Positions 17,081 to 26,851 of a stretch of 64,000 nt of DNA are shown piece by piece. The notes beneath the pieces were generated by a model, which saw nothing but the letters and a program-made list of their open reading frames with translations, was not told where the DNA came from and did not search any database. Source of the stretch: Roseibacillus sp. (GTDB lineage Bacteria > Verrucomicrobiota > Verrucomicrobiia > Verrucomicrobiales > Akkermansiaceae). The stretch is from NCBI GenBank assembly GCA_051251855.1, contig JBPOGI010000003.1:224001-288000 (forward strand), given 5' to 3'. The translations under genes and the position numbers were made by a program. Within the stretch, counting starts at the first letter, position 1; every line of letters starts with the position of its first letter.

Positions 17081-19135
17081 CTATTTTTTGAGAAGTCGAA
17101 TGGCGTCTACCACGACGTGGCCGTTGGTGTCTTTGTTAGAGATGGTGACGGTGCCTGATTTCTTGAAGGAGAAGGTGCCGAGTTTGGTGAAGAGGCCTTC
17201 GATTTCGGCGGGTTCCTTTTGATTAAGGGTGAGGTGGGTTTCACCCTTGGCGTGTTGAATGGTCACGGGGACGTTGCTGGCGCGGTTGCTGGCTGAGGGG
17301 TAGCTGACGAGGACTTCGTATTTTCCGGCGGATGGAATTTTGAGGGTGTAGGTGGCCTTGCTTTTGCCATCGCGAGCACCGTTGTCGTGGAGGTAGCTCT
17401 CTCCGACCTTGGTTTTGACGCTGGAGCTGGAGAGCCAAGTGCCGGTGAGTTCAGCTTTGTCTTCATCGAAGGTGAGTTCCTCGTCGGAGCCCTTTTTCCC
17501 GAGACGTTGCTGGTCGGCGAGGAGGCGGGGTTGGAGGTCCCGCTTGTAGTTCACTTCTTGCACGGGGATGTCTAGGTCTATGGCGAAAGAGGCCGCGGTG
17601 CCGGCGCTTTGACCGAGAATCATGAAGGTGGGTTCCATGCGGAGGGATCCGAAGGCGATGTGGGAGGAGGAGATGGCTCCGGGGACGAGGAGGTTGCTGC
17701 ACTCTTCTTTTTTGGGAAGAATGGCGCCGAAGGAAATGGGATAAGACGTTCGGATGTGGGCTCCGACGTTGCCTTCGTTTTCGATGAAGCCTTCGGGGGT
17801 CACGTAGCGCTGCACGTTGTGTGAATCCATGGTGTAGACGCCTTGGCCGATGCTGTCGTTGACGTCGGTCTTTCCGTAGACGTCATGCTCGGTGACGACG
17901 TATTGGCCAATCATGCGGCGTGCTTCGCGGATATAGAGTTGGTGCGACCAGTTGCCGTTGTCGACGAATTCGTCTTTGGGGAGTCCCCATTGGCGGAGTT
18001 CGTTTTGAAGGTCTTTGGGGACGCGAGGGTCGTTGGCGACGAAATACATGAGGCCCTTCTGGTAGTCTTCGTGCTCTTTGATAATTTCGCGGCGGCGCTC
18101 GTAACTGGCTTCGGGGTAGTCGTAGTTCATCCCGATATTGTCGGTGCTGAAAGGGCCGTGGTTATTTTGGTCCGTCTTTTTGTTCGGAGCAGGGTCGAAC
18201 TTGCCAAAGAACTCAGGCCAGCCGGCTTGCAGGACACGGAGGAGGATTTCGTATTGAGTGGGGTCGTAATTGTCGGGCTTGGGGAAGGGGATGCGGTTGT
18301 CGGGGTCGTTGGTGAGGCAAGCGCGGAAGCAATAAGCTTGGATTCGATGGTCTCCGGTGCCGTCCTCGGCTGGGGTCTCGCCGTGGACGCGGGGGAGGAG
18401 TCCGCTTTCGGGGTCGCCGGGGACTTTGTAGGGAGAGATTTTGAGGCCGGTGATGTCGAAGTGGTGGGGGTGATCACGGCGGTCTTTTTGGACTCCGTTG
18501 ATGGTCTCGTTGTAGGTGCTATTGGCTTCGCGTCCGACGTGGTAGCTCACTCCGGCAGCAGCCATGAGGTCGCCTTCGTAGGTGGCATCGATGAAGACTT
18601 CACCTTGGAATCTTTGTCCGTCGAGGGTGGTGAGGGAAAGGATGCGGGTTCCGTCCTTTTCGACGCCGTTTGCGCGGTCGAGCCAGGCGTCACGAACGAC
18701 GGTGATTTTGTTTTCGGTGACGTATTGGTCGAAGATTTTTTCGGCGACGTGGGGTTCAAAAATCCACATGGCATCATCCTTGGCCCGGTTGCGGCTTTGG
18801 CTTTTAGGGGTGGCACGAAATTCCTCCTGAGTCTGTTGGCGCCATGCTTCGGGGTTGTCGTAGTAGGCTTTGATGCGCTGATAGAATTGGCGTGAGAGTC
18901 CGCCGATGCCGCCGGCATGACCGTTGTCGGTCCAGCCGAGGCCGCCGCTGCTGAGCCCACCGAGGTGCTTGTCGGGGCTGACCATGATCACGCTCTTGCC
19001 CATTTGGCTGGCCTGAACCCCGGCCATGACGGCGGTGGAGGTGCCGCCGTAGATGATGATGTCGGCTTTGTGGTTTTTGGCAGCGAGTGAGGCGGCGAAG
19101 AGAATGAGAGATGAGAAGAAGGCTTTGAAGGGCAT
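17081..19135 (-). CDS. Secreted FAD-dependent oxidoreductase with C-terminal xanthan-lyase/golvesin-like beta domain
   Basis: IIIYGGT, HLGGLSSGGLG, FIDATYEGDL, YIREARR, SLRMEP; C-terminal 'NRASNVPVTIQH...GHVVVDAIRL'. Confidence 0.85.
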   Translation of the reverse strand: MPFKAFFSSLILFAASLAAKNHKADIIIYGGTSTAVMAGVQASQMGKSVIMVSPDKHLGGLSSGGLGWTDNGHAGGIGGLSRQFYQRIKAYYDNPEAWRQQTQEEFRATPKSQSRNRAKDDAMWIFEPHVAEKIFDQYVTENKITVVRDAWLDRANGVEKDGTRILSLTTLDGQRFQGEVFIDATYEGDLMAAAGVSYHVGREANSTYNETINGVQKDRRDHPHHFDITGLKISPYKVPGDPESGLLPRVHGETPAEDGTGDHRIQAYCFRACLTNDPDNRIPFPKPDNYDPTQYEILLRVLQAGWPEFFGKFDPAPNKKTDQNNHGPFSTDNIGMNYDYPEASYERRREIIKEHEDYQKGLMYFVANDPRVPKDLQNELRQWGLPKDEFVDNGNWSHQLYIREARRMIGQYVVTEHDVYGKTDVNDSIGQGVYTMDSHNVQRYVTPEGFIENEGNVGAHIRTSYPISFGAILPKKEECSNLLVPGAISSSHIAFGSLRMEPTFMILGQSAGTAASFAIDLDIPVQEVNYKRDLQPRLLADQQRLGKKGSDEELTFDEDKAELTGTWLSSSSVKTKVGESYLHDNGARDGKSKATYTLKIPSAGKYEVLVSYPSASNRASNVPVTIQHAKGETHLTLNQKEPAEIEGLFTKLGTFSFKKSGTVTISNKDTNGHVVVDAIRLLKK

Positions 19136-19274
19136 GTTCGGGAATTTAACGGTTCTTAGGGTCCCTTTTTTACAAGAATCGTATTGATCGAACAGGCGAA
19201 AGCCTGCGGCTTCCCATTGATGGGATTCTTTTCTTTGGACGAGGGGAGGATTCCGCGATTTAGTGGGGGTATCT

Positions 19275-21068
19275 ATGAAAATTTCTTCTTCTCTCGGTTT
19301 GCTGGCTTCAGCAGTTTTTGGTTTGAGTATGCTGGGGGCATCGGAAACTGAGGTTCCGATTCCGGTCTACGATCTGACGGGAATGATTTCGGAAAGTGGA
19401 ATGACGGAGACGAGTTTGTTGAACTTCGATCCGAATCCACAGCGTCCGTTGACTCACTTTGATGTCGTGACCTCGTTGCAGCGTGCGGCGGAGACGGAGG
19501 AGATTCAGGCTATTGTGGTGGAGGTGGATCAGGCGGGGTTTTCACTGGCGCAACTACAGGAGGTGAAGCGATGTTTGGAAGAGGTGAAGAATGCGGGGAA
19601 AGAGGTGTGGCTGTATGCGGACGGGCTCAATATGAAGACGGCGCTGTTAGGTTCGGCTGCAAGCCAGTTTGTGCTGAATCCGGAAGGTGATGTTTCGATG
19701 AGCGGATTGCATACGGAGAATATGTATTTCAAGGGCCTGCTGGATAAGGTGGGAGTGCAGGTGGACGTGGTGCACATTGGTGACTTCAAGTCGGCGGGGG
19801 AGAATTTCTATCGCACGGAGCCTTCGGCGGCGGCCTTGAAGCAGAGTGAAATTTTAATGGATTCGTTGTTCCACACCATTGTGACGGAGATTGCGACGGG
19901 GAGAGGAATCACGCGCGATTCTCTTTCGACGTTCATTGATCGTGGAGTGGTGAATGCACGGGCTGCGAAGAAATTGGGTCTCGTGGACCGGTTGCAGTAT
20001 CGCACGGATTTGGTGAACGAGTTGCAAGAGAAGTTTGGCGAGGAGGCTGTTTTTGAGCGCGATTATGTGCGCAATGGGGCGAAGGAACCGGAGATTAAGG
20101 GGTTCTTTGATTTGATGAAGCTGATGTTTTCTTCGGGTAAGAATCAGTCGCCGAAGGAAGAGTATGTGGCAGTGGTGGTGTTCGAGGGCGGAATTGATTT
20201 TGGAAGTATTGTTCCGGCTCGCGACGAGGTACTGCGTTTGGTGGATGATGAGATGTGCCAAGCACTGGTGTTACGGGTGAACTCGCCGGGTGGGTCGGCT
20301 TTGGCTTCGGAGATTCTGTGGGAGGCGCTCGATGAGTTTTCGGAGACGGAACGGCCTTTGGTGGTGTCGATGGGAGCGGTGGCGGCGAGTGGGGGCTACT
20401 ATATTTCTAGTGGGGCGGAGGTGATTTTTGCGGAGCCTGCAACGATTACTGGAAGTATTGGAGTGGTGGGGATGAAGTTTGCGATGGGGGACGTGATGGA
20501 GAAGGTTGGCATCACGACTCACGAGATGAAGAAGGGGAAGCATGCGGACCTCTATAATAGCACGCGTCCCTTTTCGAAGGTGGAGCGTCAGATGGTGCGC
20601 AAGTCGATGCTGGGGGTTTATGGAACCTTTAAGAAGCGCATTGTTGATGGTCGGGGCGAGCGCTTGAGTGAGAACTTAGAGAAGTTGGCTGGAGGGCGAG
20701 TTTACTCGGGGCGCGATGCGCTGAGGGTGGGGTTGGTTGATGAGATGGGCGGATTGACAGATGCGATTGCGAAGGCTGCGGAGTTGGCAGAGTTAGACGA
20801 AGCGAATCCGATGATGTTCCCTGAGCCGAAGAGTGCTTTCGACTCCTTGTTTCAGCAGGAGAGTGGGCCGACGAATGACCACTTTATTTCTATGGAAGCG
20901 GCAGAGAAACCGAAGGGTTTGTTAGATTTGTGGATGGCTGAGGTGCCGGTTCTTGGCTTGTTGCCGAGGGATAAACGTATGGCGGTGAAGGGGAGTTTGA
21001 GGCAGTTGGAAGCGATGCAAGAGGATCGGATTCAGCTGATTGCTCCGCCGTTGCCGTTGGTGAAATAA
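19275..21068 (+). CDS. sppA: Signal peptide peptidase SppA (67K type)
   Basis: GDFKSAGE, LRVNSPGGS, SMGAVAASGGYYIS, TITGSIGV, GLVDEMG. Confidence 0.92.
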   Translation: MKISSSLGLLASAVFGLSMLGASETEVPIPVYDLTGMISESGMTETSLLNFDPNPQRPLTHFDVVTSLQRAAETEEIQAIVVEVDQAGFSLAQLQEVKRCLEEVKNAGKEVWLYADGLNMKTALLGSAASQFVLNPEGDVSMSGLHTENMYFKGLLDKVGVQVDVVHIGDFKSAGENFYRTEPSAAALKQSEILMDSLFHTIVTEIATGRGITRDSLSTFIDRGVVNARAAKKLGLVDRLQYRTDLVNELQEKFGEEAVFERDYVRNGAKEPEIKGFFDLMKLMFSSGKNQSPKEEYVAVVVFEGGIDFGSIVPARDEVLRLVDDEMCQALVLRVNSPGGSALASEILWEALDEFSETERPLVVSMGAVAASGGYYISSGAEVIFAEPATITGSIGVVGMKFAMGDVMEKVGITTHEMKKGKHADLYNSTRPFSKVERQMVRKSMLGVYGTFKKRIVDGRGERLSENLEKLAGGRVYSGRDALRVGLVDEMGGLTDAIAKAAELAELDEANPMMFPEPKSAFDSLFQQESGPTNDHFISMEAAEKPKGLLDLWMAEVPVLGLLPRDKRMAVKGSLRQLEAMQEDRIQLIAPPLPLVK

Positions 21069-21138
21069 TGGAGCAAGGACATTCTTGTCCTTGGAGAGTC
21101 AGACCGTTGTTCAGGGACAGGAGTGTCCCTGCTCCATT
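21067..21138. repeat. REP doublet (REPIN-like), GGAG-type
   Basis: AATGGAGCAAGGACATTCTTGTCCTTG (21067-21093) is inverted against CAGGGACAGGAGTGTCCCTGCTCCATT (21112-21138); each arm is itself palindromic; lies between convergent sppA and ruvX. Confidence 0.75.
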
Positions 21139-21139
21139 G

Positions 21140-21559
21140 CTATTGCCAGCCGAGGTAGTTTTGGAGGATCTCGAGGGCGGCCGCTTGGTCGATGATGTTC
21201 TTTTGGTCCTTGGCCTTTTTGCCGGCGAGACGAAGTTTCTCGGAGGCGTTGATGGTGGTGAAGGATTCGTCGTGGTAGTAAAGAGGGAGGTCGGGAAAGG
21301 TCTTTTGGAGCTCGTCTCCGAAGTGGCGAATTTTTTGGGCGGCGTCGCCTTCGCGGCCGTCGGTTTTGAGAGGAAGACCGAGGAGGAGGGTCTTTATTTT
21401 TCGCTGGGCGATGATTTCGGAAAGACGAATGAGGGGCTCGACTTTGTCGCGATGAATGGTCTCGACGGGATGGGCGGCGATGCCGAAGTCGTCAGTGGCG
21501 GCGAGGCCAATGCGGGCGTCGCCATGGTCGATGGCGAGGATGGGGTGTTGGTGGTCCAT
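21140..21559 (-). CDS. ruvX: Holliday junction resolvase-like RuvX/YqgF (pre-16S rRNA nuclease)
   Basis: ILAIDHGDARIGLA, LGLP, DESFTT, IDQAAALEILQ. Confidence 0.93.
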   Translation of the reverse strand: MDHQHPILAIDHGDARIGLAATDDFGIAAHPVETIHRDKVEPLIRLSEIIAQRKIKTLLLGLPLKTDGREGDAAQKIRHFGDELQKTFPDLPLYYHDESFTTINASEKLRLAGKKAKDQKNIIDQAAALEILQNYLGWQ

Positions 21560-21561
21560 GT

Positions 21562-22470
21562 TTAGAGTTCTGCTCCTTCTCCGGGGTCGAGGATGAGGAT
21601 TTGGTCGAGGACGCCGAGGCGGTCGGCTTCTTTGAGCAGCCGCTCTTCGGGTTCGTGGGGTTCTTCGTTGCCGAGAGGGAAGGTGGCGTAGTGCATGGGG
21701 ATGAGCTTTTTGGCGCCGAGGTCGAGATAGGCTTGGAGGGCTTCTTCGGGGTTGAGGTGAACGTCGCGGCCACTAGGGGCTTCGTAGGCTCCGATGGGCA
21801 TGAGGGCGATGTCGATTTCGAAGCGGTTACCGATTTCCTTGAAGCCTTCGAAGTAGGCGCTGTCCCCGGCGTGGTAGACATTGCGGGTGGGAGTTTTGAC
21901 GATGAAGCCGCCGTAGTCACGATGGGTGTCGTGGCCAAAGCGGGCACCCCAGTGGTGAGAAGGGGTGTGGATGACGTCGATACCGTCGAGAATGTGTTCC
22001 TGCCAGACCTCCATTTCTTCGACCCGTTGAAAGCCTAGTTTGCGCACAAGCGAGCCGGAACCTTTGGGGACCATGATGCCTTGCTTGCTCTGGATGCTGC
22101 GCAGGGCGGCCTTATGCATGTGGTCGAAGTGTGCGTGTGAAACACAGACGAGATCGACTTCGGGGAGAGAGTCGAGGTGGAGGCCAGGTTGACGCTGCCG
22201 TTTGACGGGACCCATCCAAGTGGCCCAATTGGGGTCGAAGATGACTGAGTGATTCTGAAACTGAACGAGGAAGGAGGCGTGGCCAATCCAAGTGATACGA
22301 ACTTTATCTCCTTCAGGTGGTTCAGAATTGGCGTGAAGGGTTTCGCCTACTGGGTGGCGAAACATCTGGGGGATGATGCGATGTCTCCAGAAGCGATAAG
22401 AACGTTCGGTCCAGCCCTTTTTGGGAAAGAGGCCGGAGTATGAACCGGAGGATTTACCTTGTTCGGACAC
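21562..22470 (-). CDS. MBL-fold metallo-hydrolase (NAPE-PLD/RomA-like)
   Basis: TWIGHASFL, SHAHFDH, AGDS, MPIGAY, IPMHY. Confidence 0.88.
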   Translation of the reverse strand: MSEQGKSSGSYSGLFPKKGWTERSYRFWRHRIIPQMFRHPVGETLHANSEPPEGDKVRITWIGHASFLVQFQNHSVIFDPNWATWMGPVKRQRQPGLHLDSLPEVDLVCVSHAHFDHMHKAALRSIQSKQGIMVPKGSGSLVRKLGFQRVEEMEVWQEHILDGIDVIHTPSHHWGARFGHDTHRDYGGFIVKTPTRNVYHAGDSAYFEGFKEIGNRFEIDIALMPIGAYEAPSGRDVHLNPEEALQAYLDLGAKKLIPMHYATFPLGNEEPHEPEERLLKEADRLGVLDQILILDPGEGAEL

Positions 22471-22490
22471 GGTGATTTTTTGGTGCAGGA

Positions 22491-23270
22491 CTAGCTGAGT
22501 GCTTTTGCGATTTCCTTGCGGAAGCTTTGGGCGGCCGCAGTAGGTTCTTGGCCATTACTGGGATAGATGATGCCGCGAGAGACGTTGACGAGGTTGGGTG
22601 CTTGGCGGTTGCTAGAGGCGAGGCTGGAGAGGTCGCCGCCTTGGGCTCCGAGCCCGGGGATGAGAAGGGGGATGTCGGGGATGCGGGTGAGGACGTCGGG
22701 TCCAGCATTGGTGAGGCCGAGGACGAGTCCGACGGAGGAGTTGCGGTTCTGCGAGGCGGCTCTTTCGGCGAAGCCGGCGACACGCTGGTAGAGTGGCTGG
22801 TCGTCGACCGTGAGACGCTGGAAGTCGGCGCTGCCGCTGTTCGAGGTGAGGGCGAGGAGGTAGAGGCCTTTACCGCCGGGGTAGTCGAGGAAGGGCTCGA
22901 TGGAGTCGTAACCCATGAAGGGATTGAGGGTGACGGCGTCGGCGCGGAGGTGTTCGAAGCAGGCGATGGCATAGCGACGTTGGGTCTCACCGATGTCGGA
23001 GCGTTTGACATCGAGAACGATGGGAATTTCGCTGGGGATGCGGGCGACGGTGCGTTCGAGAAGGGCGAAGCCTTCGCTGCCGAGGCTTTCGAAGTAGGCG
23101 CTGTTGGGCTTGAAGGCGGCGGCGTGAGGGGCGGTGTCTTCGATGAGGCGAATGAGGTAGTCTTCGACTTCAGAGATGCGGTTGTGGTGGTTTTCGACGC
23201 GGGGGTCGAGGCCGATGCAGAGGTTGCCAACGGTGGAAGTGCGGGCGGTGAGTTTTTCGAGAAAGGTCAC
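22491..23270 (-). CDS. pyrF: Orotidine-5'-phosphate decarboxylase
   Basis: CIGLDP, FKPNSAYFE, LDVKRSDIG, TSNSGS, LIPGLGAQGG, NVSRGI. Confidence 0.95.
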   Translation of the reverse strand: MTFLEKLTARTSTVGNLCIGLDPRVENHHNRISEVEDYLIRLIEDTAPHAAAFKPNSAYFESLGSEGFALLERTVARIPSEIPIVLDVKRSDIGETQRRYAIACFEHLRADAVTLNPFMGYDSIEPFLDYPGGKGLYLLALTSNSGSADFQRLTVDDQPLYQRVAGFAERAASQNRNSSVGLVLGLTNAGPDVLTRIPDIPLLIPGLGAQGGDLSSLASSNRQAPNLVNVSRGIIYPSNGQEPTAAAQSFRKEIAKALS

Positions 23271-23328
23271 GGCTGGTTTTTAGCGAGGTGAGGGCTGAAT
23301 ACCACGACGAATTCAACCAGCATTTGTT

Positions 23329-23796
23329 TTACCTCGGGAGAGAGAGTTTTGATTTCCCAAAGATGTTGCTTTGGCTTCTTCGATTCGCTTTCCAAAAGAG
23401 AATCCCTGTCAGGACAAAAAGAGCGAGGTTCATGCCGATGTGGAGGGGAAAGTTGGTGGGCTCGTCGGAGGAGCCGAAGCAGCCGCAATTGATATTGAGT
23501 CCTTTGGCGGCGGCGATGGAGAGGGCGGTGATGAAGGTGAGGAGCATTCCGGCAATCAGGAGGAGACTTCCGCGGAGGGCCCAGCGGCCGATGATGACGG
23601 CGAGGCCGGCGATGACTTCGAGCCAAGCGACAAAGTAGGCGGCATAGCCGTCATAGGGAGGAAAGAGGATTTGGTAGTTGAAGATGTCTTCCGTGAAGGC
23701 GTTGAGGTCGCGCAGCTTGATGATGCCGACGATCAAGAAGAAGAGCCCAAGTGCGATACGCAGGAGTTGGAGGGCAAGAATCTTTCCCGAAGGCAT
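23329..23796 (-). CDS. MauE/DoxX-family redox-associated membrane protein
   Basis: TM helices; GLNINCGCFG motif. Confidence 0.85.
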   Translation of the reverse strand: MPSGKILALQLLRIALGLFFLIVGIIKLRDLNAFTEDIFNYQILFPPYDGYAAYFVAWLEVIAGLAVIIGRWALRGSLLLIAGMLLTFITALSIAAAKGLNINCGCFGSSDEPTNFPLHIGMNLALFVLTGILFWKANRRSQSNIFGKSKLSLPR

Positions 23797-23906
23797 GGCG
23801 GTAAGCTAGCAAAGACGGGGAAGAGGCGCAAATGAGGAACCCGATTTTGGAAAAAGAAGAAAAAACGGCTTTCAGGAACGAGGGTTTGCGATTACGGGTG
23901 TTCTTG

Positions 23907-23994
23907 CCAGGGGCCGCGGAGTATGGACTGGTGAACCCGGTCAGGACGGAAACGTAGCAGCCGTAGCTTGTTCCTTATTGCCGTGGTCCCCTGG
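23907..23994 (+). ncRNA. ffs: Signal recognition particle RNA (4.5S)
   Basis: Helix-8 core GGTCAGGACG-GAAA-CGTAGCAGCC; terminal stem CCAGGGGCCGCGG/CCGTGGTCCCCTGG; T-run follows. Confidence 0.92.
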
Positions 23995-24081
23995 TTTTTT
24001 TCTTTTTTAAAGGGCTGTGAATAGGTCTCTACGGTGAGAAAACTGTCACAATCGCCGCGTTTTGTGCGAATGATAGCAGAG

Positions 24082-24522
24082 ATGAAAGTGTTTCTGCTCT
24101 TTGTGTTGATGGTGACTACTCCGATATCTTTTGCGGAGGGGGTGGCGTCTATGACCATGGTGACAGCGGAGAATGGAAAGCGCTTGGATTACCATGGTTT
24201 GGCCGTGATTTGTAAATCCAGTAACGGAAAGACCTTTGTTGATCTGGTTTTTCGACCCCAAAAGGAGACCCCTTTTACCGGCTGTAGTCTTGCGATTTAC
24301 TCCGAAGATGGAGAAAGAACCTTACTGCGGATTGAGCCGGTGATTCGCAGGGCTTCGAGAATCAAGGGGCTGCCGGAGGGTTCGCGAGTCTCTTTTCATG
24401 TGGCAGATGAGTTGGTCGATCAAGTGGAGATGAGGTATCACCTGCATGCGAACGATTTCCAAAGCCATGTTTTCACGATCAAGAAAGGTGAATTAGGAAA
24501 GTTGGCAAAGCTTCCGCAATAG
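24082..24522 (+). CDS. Hypothetical secreted protein
   Basis: Signal-peptide-like N-terminus; no recognised family. Confidence 0.6.
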   Translation: MKVFLLFVLMVTTPISFAEGVASMTMVTAENGKRLDYHGLAVICKSSNGKTFVDLVFRPQKETPFTGCSLAIYSEDGERTLLRIEPVIRRASRIKGLPEGSRVSFHVADELVDQVEMRYHLHANDFQSHVFTIKKGELGKLAKLPQ

Positions 24523-24633
24523 TGATTTTTGGGCCTGCTTTTCGGTGGAAGATTGAAGCCCCAGATTCTTTAATGCTAAAATTTCAGCAAAAAGAATTTG
24601 ACCTCGGATTGATTTGCTGGTTTTTTAGCACGC

Positions 24634-25521
24634 ATGAAAGTGAACAAAGAAGTGTTTCAAGAGTTGGGGGCGTTTTTATTGGTTGGCATTGCGGTGTGTG
24701 CGGTGCTGATGTTTTCGAGTTGTGGATCTCATGCCCCTGTTGCTCCAGCAGCGGCTCCCTCAGTTGCGGTTGAGCCAGTGGGGTCGAGTAGCGCGTCTAC
24801 AGAAGGTCTGCGAAGTGGAGATTTTGAGGTCAGCAAGTCGAGGATTGACTCGGTGCTCAACAATCCCAAACGACGTCCTGGATTGGGAACGGGATGGGGT
24901 GAGCGCATTTCCTCTTCGTTGGGAAATACTCATTTCGTTCGCGAGAACGACCGGCCTTATGGCGGGGTGGGGATGATCTATTACAACGATAAGGAGGGGG
25001 TGGATGCCATGGCAGGTCGTTTCAAGAATAAGACCTCCGCCTTTCAAAAGGCCGCAAATGGTGCTGTCGAGTGGGGAGTGAAGAGTGGGTGGGGTTCACC
25101 TGATCACTACATGTCGGGTTCACGCCGTTATGTGGTGGGGAAGAAGGGGCGTAACTATTCTTTGGTGGTTCGCAATGTGAGCGATAGTCGCCTCGAGGTG
25201 GTATTGTCGGTGGATGGTCTTGATGTCATGGATGGCAAGGCGGCGAGCTTTAAGAAGCGGGGCTATATCATGGCTCCTGGAGAGGAGCTCTTAGTGAAGG
25301 GATTTCGCACCAGTTATGATGCGGTGGCGGCATTCAAGTTTTCTACCGTAGACTCCAGCTATTCGAATCTGCGCCATGGTGAGACGAGAGATGTGGGTGT
25401 GATTGGTTTGGTTGTCTTTGCAGAGAAGGGGCGCTCGCCTTTCCGTTACTCGACCCAAGAAGTGAGTCAGCGAAATGATGCTCGTGCATTTGCCGATGCT
25501 CCGTTGCGAACCGTGCGATAA
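24634..25521 (+). CDS. Conserved hypothetical lipoprotein
   Basis: Lipobox FSSC; PGLGTGWGE and YSLVVRN..RLEVVLSVDGLDV..RGYI..GFR..VGVIG motifs. Confidence 0.75.
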   Translation: MKVNKEVFQELGAFLLVGIAVCAVLMFSSCGSHAPVAPAAAPSVAVEPVGSSSASTEGLRSGDFEVSKSRIDSVLNNPKRRPGLGTGWGERISSSLGNTHFVRENDRPYGGVGMIYYNDKEGVDAMAGRFKNKTSAFQKAANGAVEWGVKSGWGSPDHYMSGSRRYVVGKKGRNYSLVVRNVSDSRLEVVLSVDGLDVMDGKAASFKKRGYIMAPGEELLVKGFRTSYDAVAAFKFSTVDSSYSNLRHGETRDVGVIGLVVFAEKGRSPFRYSTQEVSQRNDARAFADAPLRTVR

Positions 25522-25552
25522 AAAAGACAAGAGAAAGTATATAAAGAAGGAA

Positions 25553-25939
25553 ATGAAAGAGAGCGTTTTAGATCGAGTGACTGTGAACTTCCGTTGTCCC
25601 ATGAAGTGGGAAGAAATGGCGGGAAATGAGGGCGAAAAATTCTGCAATCAGTGCCGGAAGTCGGTGACGGACCTTTCCCAGATGACCAGTGAAGAAGCGG
25701 AAGGATTCATCAGAGAGCAGGGCCCTTTAGGGCAGGCTTGTGTTCGTTTTTTTCGGGATAAAGAGGGAAAGATGGTGACCAAGGGGTGTGGTGCTCCCGC
25801 CGTGGTGGGCATGAAAGTTGCTCGGACTATGGCGGCAGGAGCGGCAGCAGCAGGAAGCCTAGCAATGGCGGCATGTTCCTCGAATCAAGAGCCGATAGAA
25901 GTCCTTGGCGGGCTCGGCTGTCCTACTTTCGAAAAATAA
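25553..25939 (+). CDS. Small Cys-rich hypothetical protein
   Basis: CPMKWEEM..FCNQCRKSV.D...ACVRF motif followed by a hydrophobic Ala-rich segment. Confidence 0.7.
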   Translation: MKESVLDRVTVNFRCPMKWEEMAGNEGEKFCNQCRKSVTDLSQMTSEEAEGFIREQGPLGQACVRFFRDKEGKMVTKGCGAPAVVGMKVARTMAAGAAAAGSLAMAACSSNQEPIEVLGGLGCPTFEK

Positions 25940-25943
25940 TTTT

Positions 25944-26084
25944 ATGAAAACAACGATGATGATCGCAGCGATGGCTGCAGCGGCTTTTGTCGCGGGAGTG
26001 TTGGTGAGTTGTGCTCCTTCGGGTGGACAAGCGCCTCAGCAGGTGGCCCCAGTGGCGCCAGTTGGTTACACCATTGGAAAGTAG
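25944..26084 (+). CDS. Small 46-aa lipoprotein (not in ORF track)
   Basis: MKTTMMIAAMAAAAFVAGVLVSCAPSGGQAPQQVAPVAPVGYTIGK; lipobox LVSC; starts 4 nt after the previous stop. Confidence 0.7.
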   Translation: MKTTMMIAAMAAAAFVAGVLVSCAPSGGQAPQQVAPVAPVGYTIGK

Positions 26085-26116
26085 TCATTTGGCTCTACTG
26101 TAAAGTGAGTTCAACC

Positions 26117-26147
26117 AAGGGAGAGTGGGGAACCGCTCTCCCTTTTT
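26117..26147 (+). terminator. Intrinsic terminator
   Basis: AAGGGAGAGTGG-GGAA-CCGCTCTCCCTT then T-run, between convergent genes. Confidence 0.75.
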
Positions 26148-26153
26148 CTTTGG

Positions 26154-26798
26154 TTAAGGGTTTTCTCGAGGGAGTTGTTTCATCAGTCCAGGAGCAGTGA
26201 GGGAGTAGACGTCGAAGCCGCTCGCTTGCAGACCTTTTGCGGTCCATGCGTTACAGCTACGAGGAAAGTAGTAGCTTTGGTTGGCGCGAAAGAAGGAACT
26301 CTTTCCGTATCGGCCAGGACCAAGGTTGATGAGGTTCCCGTTCTCATCTTTTTTGAAGGTGTCGGCTAGGAACTTGCCGAGGTTTTTTGTTTCTGCCAGG
26401 TCGATGGTGAGAAGGCGAATGGGGGCGTAGTGGTAGTGACGATGAATGGGAGGTTCTTGTGCAACGACATGAACGACGCCAGGGGTGGGATAGCAGAGAG
26501 CGCTGAATACGAGAGGAGCAGTGATGTCTACTGAACGATAGAAGCCTTCGTCTCCCCAGCCAAACTCGAGCCATTCGTCAGTGAGGCCGTGGCAAAGGTG
26601 GGGTAGGTGCTCGCGAAGGGATTCTGCGGGAAGAGAAAGGCCGGTATGATAACCGTGAGAAAAGACAAGGAGGGGTGTTTCCTCAGCAGAACGCTTCCAA
26701 GTGAAGGGTTGCTGAGGAGTTGCCTCAGGAGGAGTGATGAGCCAACTGCAAGAGGGTAAGAGAGCGAGGGCTGGGGTCGCTAGCCAAGGGTATCTCAT
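26154..26798 (-). CDS. DUF2459-family lipoprotein
   Basis: HGYHTGL, EFGWGDEGFY, CNAWTA motifs; lipobox LPSC. Confidence 0.8.
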   Translation of the reverse strand: MRYPWLATPALALLPSCSWLITPPEATPQQPFTWKRSAEETPLLVFSHGYHTGLSLPAESLREHLPHLCHGLTDEWLEFGWGDEGFYRSVDITAPLVFSALCYPTPGVVHVVAQEPPIHRHYHYAPIRLLTIDLAETKNLGKFLADTFKKDENGNLINLGPGRYGKSSFFRANQSYYFPRSCNAWTAKGLQASGFDVYSLTAPGLMKQLPRENP

Positions 26799-26851
26799 GA
26801 GCCGTTCAAGCTCTCATGAATACACTCTTATGAAAAGCTAAAAAAACAGCA

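Noticed and set aside
21068..21565. 165-aa plus-strand ORF after sppA
   Set aside because: It is antisense to ruvX and begins within the REP doublet.
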